This document shows positions 27,355 through 40,395 of a DNA stretch of 64,000 nucleotides, piece after piece. Each line of letters opens with the position of its first letter. The stretch's first letter is position 1. The stretch is from positions 96,162,001-96,226,000 of the forward strand of contig NC_043002.1 in the NCBI RefSeq assembly GCF_006345805.1. Reading direction: 5' to 3'. Source of the stretch: Octopus sinensis (taxonomy: Eukaryota). Position numbers and translations under genes: made by a program. A model generated the notes under the pieces. It had not been told where the DNA came from. It searched no databases and saw nothing but the letters and a program-made list of their open reading frames with translations.

Positions 27355-28843
27355 CATCAATCGACTATGAAACATCCTTATATCCAGTCTTGGCGATCCT
27401 TCGGTATAAGTACAAACGTGACTTTGTTTACATTTCTGAAGATAACATCCCTAACCCTAACACAAACCCTAACCCCCCATATATAAAAAAAACAACACTT
27501 TCTTGAAATGTATCCGGTACTTACACCTAAGTTACGCCCCAGTCTTTGTTATTTATGAAGTGATGCGATTTGACATTAGCCATAAACCACGTGTTTAAAT
27601 TCAGGTCCTCTCTTTCACAACGTAAATAAGCTCTAGGACTAATGAGGCCCCTTACCCGATTTCCACGTTGTATATGTAACTGAGATAATAACATTTTCCC
27701 GGTCCACTGCAGGGTTCAAGAGGCAAGTCAATTACAATGACCCCAGTACTTGATAGGTATTTATTTTAATTTATCGACTCCAAAGAGATGAATAGCAAAG
27801 TTGGTATTTGAACTCAGAACGTAAAGAGCCAGAAGAAATCCTGCTAAGCACTTTGTCCGACATGCTAACGATTCTACTAGCTCACCGCCTGAATAAATAT
27901 CTACGAGATACTTATAAACTCAGTTGGAGGCGATGTGTTGTACATCATAAGGTCAACACACGGTTTACAGTCGTGAAAATGTGAAAGCAAATTGTCCTAA
28001 AAATGAATAGAAATTGCGATAGAAACCGGGTATAACGACAGTGACGTCCCGTTATTTCATATACCCAATGGGTATTCCTTCCATATGACTCGACAAAATC
28101 AAAACACTTCAATTCAGCTGTTTCTGTGAAAGGCACGTGTATGTGTCTTGTCAACTGTCAGTTGACGAAATGGGGGGAGAAGAAAGCTAATGGGTTGTGC
28201 GTGCGTGCGTGCTTCTTCCTCTGTGAGTGTGTGCGTGCGTGCGTGGTTGAGTCATATCGAAAGAATACTCAAGATGAAAATCACATTTACTGGAAAACAT
28301 AACTACCCATTTCGATATTATTTGATCCTTTCACCCGCATGATTTTCACTAAGATAAAAAAAATTTTTTAAACTCGGATTTTTCGCGTGGAATCAAGTAC
28401 CCTGACCTCCTAAGTATGCTGAAAACCCTTATTTTTGTTCGAATAAAGAGGAGACCCCTACCCATATCCCGGAATCATTGAATTTTTTTTTCTTTTGAAT
28501 GAATTCTGGTGACTTCCTAATATGCTACAAAACCCTTTTTGGGGCCCGGAAAACGGGGTGGGGTGGAACCCTCGGAATTTTCACCCCAACCCCCATTAAC
28601 ATTGACAACTAATGACGAGTCAGCAATGGTACCACTACGTGATCGCTCGATCTATTAAAATATCAGCCAGATATCTCTCAAAGCGGCCAAAATATCATAT
28701 CATAGCTGAAGCATCTTTTATTCTGCTTATTCAGTGTGTTCCAGGACAAGACAGAAACTCGATGTAAGGGAGATAAATCACTGACAAAATACGTGACTAC
28801 AATAATCTCTCTCCCTCTCTTTCTGTCTCTCTCTCTCTTTCTG

Positions 28844-28869
<26 letters not shown>

Positions 28870-28875
<6 letters not shown>

Positions 28876-31051
28876 ATCGGTCGTGTTATTCTTTGCTCCG
28901 CAGTGAAAGATTGTTTTTGTGCTGAAAATTGTGAAAATTTGCTGTTTTAGTCGTCGAGACCACTTCTTTTCTGCTGTTGCAGCAGAGTTTTGCTGTTCTT
29001 TCCCCCTTGAAACAAGGGCGAAGCGACGAAAAACATGAATTTGCCACCAATTTCTTCCGAGTCGGAGGAAAACTTTGAAAATTTGTTTGAAGGCGTGAAG
29101 GCGAATATGTGGGAGGAGGAAGGTAAAAGTAAAGAGGCGTCTCACGCGCTTGTTACAAAAGCAGACGACAAGATGTCTAGCGAGGCTACTACACAACAGG
29201 AAAAGTCAAAAATAAATTTTGTGAGTGCAGCAACTCGCCCCTGTGAAAACATAGTTATTAACAAAGAAGAATTAAAGAAATACCAAAGTTTACTAAAAAA
29301 AGAAGGTGGTAATGTGAAGTTGATCCCTCCCAGTGTATTAATTTACGCGAAGGAGAGAAAAACTGTCATATACAAGACATATAATATCAAAAATAAAAAA
29401 ATCGACTTTGTACCGAGGGAAGCGATCGAAAAATGCTTGAGGCCGATATGGCAACAAACAAGCTACATAACGAGGGGTAGTCGCTTCGGCACTGTAGAGG
29501 TGCGATGACATCACCGTCATCGTATCCCAGGTCGAGCACCTACAGTGGGTGAGGCCTTAAGGGATTACGAAGCGGTGGCAGGAGCGAAAGTCAACCGGGA
29601 TAAATCGGTCAGCTTGCAACTCGGCACCTGGAGGGGCAAGTCGATGTCTTCCGACAGCGTCGTAGGACATTGGACGGAAGGGCCGGTGAAAATGCTTGGA
29701 ATCTGGTTAGGTCCAGATCTCCAGATAGAGAAGAATTGGAGCGAGGTAGTGAGAAAGGAGGTTCTCCTAACTCAGACATGGTCTGAGCGGAAGCTGTCCT
29801 TGAAAGGGAGGGCGGAGGTTGCAGAGGTGTTTATTGCCTCTGTAATAACTTACCGCCTGACCGTCGTGCCTTGCCCCGATTCGTGGCCGAACAAGCTGGA
29901 ACGCATGCTCTTTCGCTTTTTGTGGAGGGACAGCAGACCTCTTGTAAGGTGCTCTATCTGCTGCAAAAAGCCGCCGAAGGGTGGGTTAGGGATGCCCTGG
30001 CTAAAAATGCACAGACATGTGCTCAGGCTTAGGCACCTCTGGCTTTACCTGGACGGTGAGCAGGTATGGTCTTCATTCGTCAAGTTGTTATTTCCACAGT
30101 TCACATCATTTACCAAACTGAACTCATGGATCAAGTGTAGACTGAGGTTGGGCGTGTGGCATGTAGAGTGCCATCGGGCAACGTTGGTGGCAGGGGTACT
30201 ACTTCGTTCTTCTATAGAGGGTTAGTAGAGTTTAAGTGTAACGACGTTCTGGGAGAAACTCTAGGCTTCAACGAAGATCAACTGGCCAGCCTGTTCCAAA
30301 GAACATTCGGTCCGGGGCCTATGGATAATTACCAAAAGTCCCTGACCTGGCAATGTTACAGAGGAGCTTTACCAGTTCGAGATAAGCTCTTTAGACATGG
30401 GTGTGCACCTTTGCCGGTTTGTGTAAGATGCGAGAGGGACAGTGAAACTGTCCTGCACACGATTGTGCAATTCTCCAAGGTGACTGAACTCTGGGCTTAT
30501 GTTGAACACCTGCTGTTGCATTCGAGAAGAGTACAAGTGTCGAGCGAATCTGTAATTAAGATCGTTCCGCCGACCTCCCTGAATAGGGAGGAGCGAGCCT
30601 GTTTTCTCTCGGTAGTTGCTATGGCGAAAGAAGTAGTATGGAAGACAAGAGTGAAAGGAATTGCAACAGGCATGTTTATCTCCATTCTCGAGCTAATCGA
30701 CTTTTTCGTTTTCCACATGAAACAGAAAATAAGGCTGGAGAAGAAATGCCTGTCGCAAAGTGAGTTTCGTAAAAGATGGAAGTATATAGCAAGTATGTTG
30801 CGAGTGAAAGAACCTGTTTAAATGAGAATATAAAAAAGAAAGCAAAGTCTTCAGTGTGAGTGTGTGGTTTGTGGGGTCAACCGTGTCCTCCGCTTCATTT
30901 TTTGTTAATCACTCATTCTCATTTAATTGCATATATTTTAATTGTTTGTTTATTCATACGTTTCATCTCATTTGATACCCTGACCCCAACGTTTTTGTCT
31001 GTCCCTGTATTGTCCCCTCTTTTTCTCAACCTTATGGTGAATAAAGAAATA
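28870..31051 (+). mobile_element. Tx1/L1-clade LINE, internally deleted (ORF1 N-terminus fused to RT C-terminus)
   Basis: ORF 29035-29508 (putative ORF1 start), then DDITVIVS at 29504, AKVNRDKS, SLKGRAEV..., and zf-RVT LTWQCYRGALPV...CVRCERDSETVLH. AATAAA at 31040. CT-rich flanks on both sides. Confidence 0.87.
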
Positions 31052-33613
31052 CTCTCTTTCTCTCAGTTGAAGAGTTTGAACCCGAAGCGTTAGCTTCTTC
31101 ATAAGAATTGGACTTGTCAAATTTTATATCGATTAATTTTTACTGACACCGACTTTTGAAATATTTTTTTCTATTTTTTAAATAATTACCTGAAGTAATT
31201 GTCTCAAAATTAGGGGGAAAAAGTACTAATTACAACGTGGAAGACGTAATAGTTATTCACCTACAATAAAACTGTTAACTTCACTTAATCACTTATTAGT
31301 TGGTGTCAAAATTTCCTCACACGATCTGCGACCTCGTCACTGACACACTTTCACAGTTGCATAGTTTTTGTGTTTTTGAATGGCTGATGTGTATCTTTCA
31401 CGTTGTAATTCCTTTAGTTTCGACACCCGTCTCCGCTCATATTATTTATTAGACAAGCACAATTCCGAAATTTAAAAACGTAAAGCTTCTCTGTGCGGAA
31501 TTCTGTGTTAAGCACCTCATATTTTGAGGAATTTTCAGAAAATGTTTGTTAATTTGTATTCCACACATGAGAATTCGCACGGCTATGAAACAAGTCTTTT
31601 TTTTTTTTATCTTTCAAATTAATTTTGTGTTTTTAAATCAGTGTTTAATATACAGACAGTCCAAATTTTTAACTTAAATCCCAGGAATAGACTATTAAAT
31701 ATGTTTATGAGGAGAAAGATATGGAAAAACAAATGAGGTTGTCAGGTGATTGTGAGATGTGCTTAAAATAACACCTACATAGCCCTTAAATCACACAATT
31801 TTATTTTGCTTTGTTTTGGCATAATCGTATGAATTCCTGTGTGTAGATCACAAATAAGCAAAATTTTTCTGAAAATTCCAAAAACCTAAAAACCATTATG
31901 AGGGTTATATGGAGTGCTTAAAGCAGAATTTCACCTGATTAATTGTTCATCACAGACATTAAATCAGTTAGTCTGTATCATTAGTTAAACATGGTTCAGC
32001 ATGACTGTTATCTAAGATTGCATAAGAATATTAAGTAAAATGACTAAAATAAAGTTTTAAAAAATCGTGCTTCATTACTAACCCCCCATTTCATGATCAA
32101 CATGCAGTTAGACCACAGTCTTATCCACAAAAGCTGTCTACTTATTTGGCAATACTTCTCAGTCTTCCCTGCATTAATGCTTATTTAATTGCTTCCATCC
32201 TCAAAGTTTACATAGGTCAAGATCACTATACGTCCGTCTCTACCTCTAAATGATACTATTTCTCTCATAGACATAAAACCTCATGTTTTCAGGGTAGTGG
32301 AATATTAGGATTGATTATATTGGTTTCAATTTTTGACACAAGACCAGCAATTTCGACTGGTACTTATTTTTATTGACTCTGAAAGGATGAAAAGCAAAGT
32401 GAACTCAGAACGTAAAGACGGACAAAATGCCACTAAGTATTTTTTTTTTTTTTGCAAGGCATGTTAACTATTCTGCCAGCTCACCGCTTTATTAGGATTA
32501 ATGGATCTGTTCAATTTGGCTCACAGATTAAATTTTTTTTTTAACTAAAGAGTTTGAAACTTTATATACTGGTGGAATCCCGAGTGCTTAACTGGCACTT
32601 ATTTTATCAACCCTGAAAGAATGAAAGGCAAAGTGGACCTCAGCAGAACACAAACTCAGAACACAAACACAGACTCAATGCTGGGAGGTATTTACTCCAG
32701 CGTAGTAACGACATGAATTCTTAACTGGTACACACATTCTTATTTCTCCTCCACGGTATTTAGACTCAGATTGAATAGCAATGTTGCTAAATACAGTAAA
32801 GTATTTAGTCCGACCTTCAAACAACCCAGTAATCACAAATAGATTCTAAAGCTGTCCTGAATATGATTTTCTAGATAGGGATTTGAGTAAAAGTTTTCAA
32901 TAGCAGTTGAGTTATCTCCCATGACCTAAATGCTTCCCAGCATTGCATCCGTGTTTGTGTTCCGAGTTCAAATTCTGCCGAGGTCCACTTTGCCTTTCAT
33001 CTTTTTAGGGTTAATAAAATAAAGTGCCAGTTAAGTATAGAATCTTGATTTTATTCTAACAAAACGCTGCATGTTCATAACTTTCAAGCTGCAGCCACTC
33101 TGTTTAAAGTTGTGTATGTATCCACTAGTGTAGCTGGTGTGCCGCCCTCAGACTCCGCAAAAAACACATTGCCTGCAGCAGACCCAAAAGTGCCGGCCCT
33201 ACCGCCCCCCACCAGTACTCTAGTGTGTGTATCATCATCATCGTTTTTTAACGTCCACTTTTCCATGTTTGCATGAGTCGGACAGAATTTTTTGCAACTC
33301 TCACTTATTTCCAAGTCAGCTAACATTTCTCCACGTCCAAACAAGTTTTCATGAAAAATTAAATACAAAGGACATTGATTGTATGACTGTCGGTTGTTTA
33401 CAACTATCATGCAATGCTTCTAGAAGAAGGCAGTAACACGCACATATTCAATGATCCCTCATTTTCCGTCTACCAAATCCACTCATTACTCTTTGGTTGA
33501 CGCCGAGTTATAAGTAGAAGACACTTACCCAAGCTGTCATGTAGTGTGGCTAAACCTGAAACCATCTGATTGTGAAGCAACTTCTTAACCACATAGCCGC
33601 ATCTATGTCCCCG

Positions 33614-33684
<71 letters not shown>

Positions 33685-34673
33685 TATTTTCACTATATAG
33701 TGATTGGTTAAATGAGCAGAGTTATGAGATCCCTCTTGTCTTGTTTATTGCCGTATTAAAGAATGCTTTCAAATTCTCTATTTTAATAGAAGGGCACAAG
33801 TAAAGGTACATATGATGTGAGGTGTTTAGGGTGTTCCTTCTCGAGCCATGCCTGGCTCATAAGGGCCGGTTTCCTTAGCGTATAAGTTCCCCACTTGGAC
33901 GGGACGCTGGTCCGTCACAGGTGAGCTGCTAGATGCAGGAGGAAAGAGCGAGAAAAAGTTGTGGCGAAAGAGGCAGCAGAAGTTCGCCATTATCTTCTGC
34001 CGGAGCCGTGTGAAGCTTAGGTGTTTTGCTCATAAACACACACATCGCCCAGTGTGAGATTTGAACCCGCGATCCCTCGACCGCGAGTCCGCTGCTTTAA
34101 CCATTAGGCCATGTGCCTCCACACAGGTGTTTAGGTTAGATGTAGATGTCATTTATATATAGAAGGTTAAGGAGGATTGTTGAGTTTTGTGTTTGAATAA
34201 ACATTGAACAGGTTGATAAGTCCAGAGTTAAAATGAGTGAAGAAGTTTTTGCACATGTTGATTCTTTGTACACGGGGAATAGGAAGTGCATTGTAGTTGG
34301 AAGTAAATGGAAGAGCAACTGGAGTCTTTTAGAAGGAATGCTGCTAAAAGAGCCATATTTGTTGTGGAATGGTTGGTAGGTAGGAGGTACAAAAGTTTTC
34401 TTTGTGTGTGCCTCTTATAATTGTCATGTAGGTACTGCAGTAATGGGTACACAGCTCCCAGTTAGTGTTGGTTGGCGACTTCCTGCAGATGATCAAGGTA
34501 GTGACAGCTTCTATACTGTTGTAACACAACTTTAAGTAAGCCATTTGAGGGGTTTAGGCCTAGACTGTATGAAGAGTGTGAAGGAGCTTTCTAAAAAGGA
34601 TGGTTGAGTCACATTAATTTTACATTTTCACATGGTTAACATTCTTAATACTCAATAAAATCACATTTTTCAG

Positions 34674-34728
34674 TGGATGCCATTGTCTGCAGGATTTTGG
34701 ACAAAAAACAAACTTGCTATATTCAACA
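34674..34728 (+). CDS. ADAT3: ADAT3 coding exon 2
   Basis: Acceptor cattttt-cAG. Reads (V)DAIVCRILDKKQTCYIQ, matching the ADAT3 'LDKRQTS' region. Donor GTTAAG (phase 2). Confidence 0.8.
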
Positions 34729-35882
34729 GTTAAGTATTAATTTTTTTTTTTTTTTGTTAATATTTTTTTATGGAACTCTAAGAGGAAAATTTAAATCCAC
34801 TTTTACATGATAAGTAAATTGAAATTATTTTGATTAACCAGGATAAGAGATAAATCAGTACTCTTCTTTTGTAGTTCTCAGTCCCAAACTGGTGAGATTT
34901 ACATGGTTGCTATTCAGCATGAATCTCTGTAAGTCACTCTAGCTCAGGTGGAAATTCTAGAGGGCTTCAACAATAAGAAAAATTAAAAGTATTATTTATA
35001 TTTCATTTTAGTCATCTGAGTAAAGGTACATGGCCTAATGGATAGGGTTTTAGCCTCCTGGTCATAACAACATGGGTTCAATTCCTGGGCTGAGCAGTGC
35101 ATTGTGTCCTTGAGCAAAGCACTTTTTTTCACATCACTCCAATCTACTCAGCTGTAATGAGTACCAGCTAGTGTAGCCCTCCCTTCATCTATCTCATCCT
35201 GGATGTTCTGCTGGGTGAAGAGCCTAAGAAAATGCCTATGTTAGCTTGAGACTACATTAACACCTAAAACAATTAACAAAAGCATGGTACATGTTACCAA
35301 ACCATACTCACATGCAACTGATGACTGGTTGTATTTTTTAGTCATGTATAGTTTTTTTTTATTTGTCCACTCTGCTGGGTCATTGGTGTTAGGGAGGGCA
35401 ACCAGCTGTAAAAACCGTACCAAAACACACAGAAGTCTAGTGCAGGCATCTGCATGGCCAACTCCTGTCAAACCATCCAACCCATGCCAGCATGGAATGA
35501 TGATAATGATAATAGTTTTTTTTTTATTAGTGAAGGCACTTAGCCTAAAGGTTAGTGTGGTGGATTCACAATTGTAAGGATGTGATTTTGATTCCTAGAC
35601 CAAGTAGTCCATTGTGTTCTTGAGTAAAACACTTCATTTTATATTACTTCAATTCTCTCAGCTGAAAATGAGTACCAATAACAGCTGGAAGTTAACCTTA
35701 TGATGGTCTGGCATCCCATTCAGCAGAGTGTATTGTACTCTCAGTCACTTATACACCATGCAGACCAGGATAAACTCTGGCCTAATGAGCCTGTAGGCTT
35801 TTGACAGTTCTAAGATACAATTTATAACTTGTTAAATTCAACTGTATTAAAATGAAATAAATATGTTCTCTTCCTTCTGCAG

Positions 35883-35956
35883 AATACTTCAGTCTTCCCA
35901 TCCATTTGATGGTCTTCAACACCTTAAGAGAGTAAAATGCTGTAAAACACAAGATG
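35883..35956 (+). CDS. ADAT3: ADAT3 coding exon 3
   Basis: Polypyrimidine tract plus cAG. Reads ILQSSHPFDGLQHLKRVKCCKTQD, with the HLKRV motif of ADAT3/Tad3. Donor GTAGGA (phase 1). Confidence 0.88.
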
Positions 35957-36283
35957 GTAGGAATTATTTTATTTTCAGTATTATTTGTATGGGGTTTTTT
36001 TTTTGAGATTTATTACTTTCATTACTATTTATAAAACTGGTTTATTATAATTATTGTTTAACATTCACTTTTCAACACTTGCATGGTTCAGATGGAATTT
36101 GTTGAGATAGGAGATAGATTTTCTTTTGCTGGATGCCCTTCCTATCATAAGTACTCACCTGTTTCCAGAGAAGGTAACATTTCCCTATGGCCAGACATGT
36201 TTCTCATGCAAGACTGAAAATTAACAATCTTGTTTGTGTGACAATGTCCAAATAAGGATACTCACAAACACATACACATGCAT

Positions 36284-36389
36284 ACATGCATGCATGCATG
36301 CATCCATCCATCCATCCATCCATCCATCCATCCATCCATCCATCCATCCATCCATCCACCCACCCACCCATCCATCCATCCATCCATCC

Positions 36390-36437
<48 letters not shown>
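36284..36437. repeat. Compound microsatellite (CATG)n(CATC)n(TATC)n
   Basis: Directly visible. Many other (TA)n, (CA)n and (GT)n tracts occur throughout the window. Confidence 0.95.
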
Positions 36438-36612
36438 CATTTGTACCTATCATCATAGGTACATTAGGTTATGTCCCAACAAATTTGCACAAAAAGCTAG
36501 AAATACTTGTTTTCACAGAGAAACAGCAAAAGAAACTGATGCAGACTCTCCAGATTCAATCTATTAGTGGTACAGTGAAGATTTGTTAGACATTCCAAAG
36601 ATTTTCCATCTG
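36438..36612 (+). mobile_element. R4/Dong-like (RLE) LINE 3' fragment after a (CATC)n(TATC)n microsatellite
   Basis: [10 protein letters not shown]...[14 protein letters not shown] related fragment at about 51268-51499 (RFIPIIIGVLG...LQIQAISGSIKICKTF) also follows a microsatellite. Confidence 0.65.
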
Positions 36613-37607
36613 AGATTCTTATGTGAATAGATGCAAACACTAGGGTGTATGCACTGACAGTTCAACCAACACACTAACTCAACTGCATACTTACAAACAC
36701 CAGGAACTCTCTTAACTCAAAAAAGTCTTGTCACTTTGTTAGTGACTGTCTTCTACTCTCTTAACAACTTGAATAAACTCAAATAAAAATCACATACACA
36801 TACATACAGCTTTCAGTTTTGTCTATCAAATCCACTCACAAGACTGCTCAGCCCAGGACTATAGTAGCAGAGACTTGCGCAAGGTGCTGTGCAGTGAGCC
36901 AAACCACTGTGTGACAGCCCAGCAGAAAATCCATGAGTAGTAAATATTCAGTTTCATAGTTAGAAGCTGTATTGAAAGGAATTAGCTGAATAAAATATAT
37001 GTTTGGCAAAGTGGTTAGTGAATGAACAGAGAAAGCCAATTAGTCTTGTCTTTAGTGCTAGTACCACAATAAAATGCACTCAGTGCACTCTGTAAAGTGG
37101 TCAGTGATAGAAGGGCATCGAAGCATAGGGTAAACCAAAATAAAACATACAAGCAAGATGTCCTGCAACATATCTGGGAGGGCAGTAGCTCACGATGAAA
37201 ACAAACACCCTAAGTTGAACTGTCCTGTCCAAGGAAAACAGATATACAATAAAATGATGTTCCTCTTTATCATTTGCTAAATTAATGAAGAAAATGAATT
37301 GGATCTGTATATTTTCTTTTTTGATTTATTTATTTTAAATTTTTGTAAGTCATCGTTAATATTAAATTTGTCTAAGGTGAGGAGCTGGCAGAATCATTAG
37401 CACACCGGGCAAAATGCTTAGCAGCATTTTAAATTCCTCCAAGGTCGATTTTGCCTTTCATTCATTCAGGGTCAACTTAAATAAGTATCAGTTGAACATT
37501 GTGTTCAATATAATCAACTTATCTCCTCCACAAAATTGCTGGCCTTGTGCCAAAATTTGAAACCAATATTAAGTTTATTTAAGTAAAATATTTATCTTTA
37601 TATGTAG

Positions 37608-37830
37608 GCTCAGTTTTGCAAACCATTATATGCCTCAAATCACAATTACCAGAAGTAACAAAAAACCACTTGACTCTGGAAGATTTGTTCGGAAAGGATT
37701 CAGCACCAGAAATAGCATGTCTACTTGGGAAACCTTGTGTAGTTCAAGTTCCTGTTTCAGCTCCTCATACTAGAAAGCAGTTTGAAGAAGCTTCAGTATA
37801 TTGGCCTGTTCATTTTCATGAAGACAAAAG
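37608..37830 (+). CDS. ADAT3: ADAT3 coding exon 4
   Basis: Reads ...VQVPVSAPHTRKQFEEASVYWPVHFHEDK, matching the conserved 'P.TR.QFE.....WP..FHEDK' block. AG at 37606-07, donor GTAAGC at 37831 (phase 2). Confidence 0.93.
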
Positions 37831-37986
37831 GTAAGCTGCTTGTTGCTAGTTTCAGCTTATTTTTCATTTTCATCATTCTTAACACCTTATCTCTGCCATC
37901 AACTACCACCCACCTTTGTCCACCGATTAATATATTCACCTCTGCATACCTCTGACCTCCATCCCTGTCACTGTACATATCTCTCT

Positions 37987-38024
<38 letters not shown>

Positions 38025-38555
38025 CTCTTGCACATTCCTCCTTTACCCACCCATCCAACACATCATCTTTCTACTCCTCATCTATCTACAGTTTTATTCT
38101 ATTGCTACCCTGCACATTTTCTGTAATGCCACTTATAACATTCTCTTGCATTAGCTTCTTCTATTTTCTTTCACCTTTCTTATCAAACTCATATTCACCA
38201 TTGACAACCCTCTACTTTTGTTAACCATTCACTACGTACCCCACTACCTCCATCTCTAACCATCTGTCAGTCTCTTCTAACACTTTTGCAAGTTATCCCC
38301 CTATCCCCACCATTCCTGAGCCTCTGTATCTATTCTCTTTTCTACTCATCTTTCTCTGTCTTGACAGTCCTGATACCTCATCACCATGTATCTTTCTTTC
38401 CAGCTACTGTCACCCATCTTTGCAAGCTAACCATGTATCTTATATATAGCAAGGAACCTGTCCCTGTCACACTATCATGCTTTAACTTCTCAGCACCTGG
38501 CATAAAGCCAGCTCCCTCTCTCCAACGCCAAATCCCATTTAGTCAAGGGTGCATT

Positions 38556-40395
38556 TTTTTCTGTTATGTGTTAGGATGTCGTCTAGGTAATGGAAGCTAT
38601 CAACTACTTCTAGTTTTTTCCCCCTGGCGTGTGATGGAATCTGCTTTCTGTACATCTTCAGTGTTTATTGCCTGTGTGCATCTGCCACACACAAAAACTA
38701 TCTTCCTGGTTAACCTTCCTTTGATATTGCTGCACCTTTTATGTGTCCATAGCTTACACTGGGTACATTGTATGGAGTTTCTACCCACACGTTTTTTACA
38801 GATCGAGCAGGGCCCTCTACCTGAAGGAGTTTGTGATTTGACAGCCTTCCTACTTATTAAGACTTTGGTTTTTGCTAGGTTAACCCTAAGGCCCTTCAAT
38901 TCTAGACCTTGCTTCCACACTCTAAACTTCATCTTTAGTTCTGGTAGTGACTCAGCTATTAGAGCAAGGTCATCAACATAGAGGAGCTCCCAGGGGTATC
39001 CTGTCTTGAATTCCTCTGTTATTACTCGGAGGACTATAATGAATAAGAGGGGGCTGAGGACTGATCCTTGGTGAACCCCTACTTCTACTCGGAATTCTTC
39101 ACTCTACTCATCGCCAACCCTCACCTTACTGACAACATCCCTGTACAGGGCTTGTACAGCTCTCACCAACTACTCATCTCTCCCCAGTTTCCACATTGAC
39201 CACCAGATAAGGGATCAGGGGACCCTGTCAAAGGCTTTCTCCAAGTCAACAAAAGCCAAGTACAGAGGTTTATCTTTGGCTAGGTATTTCTCCTGCAGTT
39301 GCCTTACCAGAAATATAGCATCAGTGGTGCTTCTACCTGGCACAAACCCAAACAGCATTTCATCTAGGCTAACTCTCTGCCTAATTAGTTGGGCTATAAC
39401 CCTCTCTGTAACTTTCATCACCTGATCCAATAATTTGATACCCACATAGTTATTTCTATCTAAAGCATCACCTTTACCTTTATAGCAGTTGATTATGATG
39501 CTGTTACACCAGTCATTGGGTATGACTTCTTTATGGACTATCTGATTTACAATGCAGGTGACAAGACCATAACCCACACTGCCTGGTATTTTAAGCAGCT
39601 CAGCAGTGATTCCTGATGGGCCAGGTGCTTTCCCTGTCTTCATGTCTTTGATTGCTTTATCTACCAGGATACCGTTGATTCAGGTATCTGGTCCCTCAAT
39701 CACGCCAACCTTTAGCAGTGTTTCCTCCTCTCATTCATTCTCCACATTCAGCAGTCTTTCATAATGGCATCTCCAAGCCTGTTTCTTTGCAGAATCATTA
39801 AACGCAAGGGCACCATCATCCATGCAGACACGTTTCTCTCCAATGACATCACAGTTTTCTCTTACACACTGTCTTGCAATTCGAAATGCTTCAGTTCTTT
39901 GGTCCTCATGCCACTGAACATTGGCAAACTTCTTTTCTGCTACTACCTTTGCTATATATACCTGTTTCCTAGCTTCCCTTTTGACTATCTTATACAGTCT
40001 CCTGCTACCCGCACTCTTCTAGGGCTTCCAGACCTGTTTCTTTGCTCTAATGGCCCTGTCTATGGTATTGTTCCAGCACCAGTTTACCCTAGGTCTGGAA
40101 GGGACTTTGCACCAGCCACAGATTTGGTCTGTGGTGCTTAGCAAACTGCCTCACAGGAATTCCAAGCTGCCTTCTATGTCACAGGACTGTAGCTCCTCCT
40201 CCCTATTATCAAATTTCTTGGTAAGGATATCCCTAAATCTCTGACCTTGTGAAGGGTTCTTAAGATTCCAAGTCCTTCTTTTCCAGATTGGTCTTCTTTT
40301 TGGCATCCTTCTGGCTTCGAGTCTAAAGTCACTAACAACTAGTCTATTCTGGCAGGAGTACATTCTTCACCGGGGAGGTTCTTTGTATTTAAGAA
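38556..40395 (-). mobile_element. RTE-clade LINE internal fragment (RT with PHD-like insertion)
   Basis: MKTGKAPGPSGITAELLK...FGFVPGRSTTDAIFLVRQLQEK...FVDLEKAFDRVP, then GLRVNLAKTKV and a C4HC3 motif. An older related copy lies at about 45000-45900 (+). Confidence 0.9.

Noticed and set aside
34228-34560. ADAT3 first exon, or a PIF1-like GDFLQ helicase motif
   Set aside because: There are stops in the candidate frames, and the minus strand resembles a decayed LINE 3' end. A better exon with a canonical donor exists at 26181-26232.
36234-36589. ORFs with HPSI/IYLS/YIYI repeats here and elsewhere
   Set aside because: These are translations of microsatellites.
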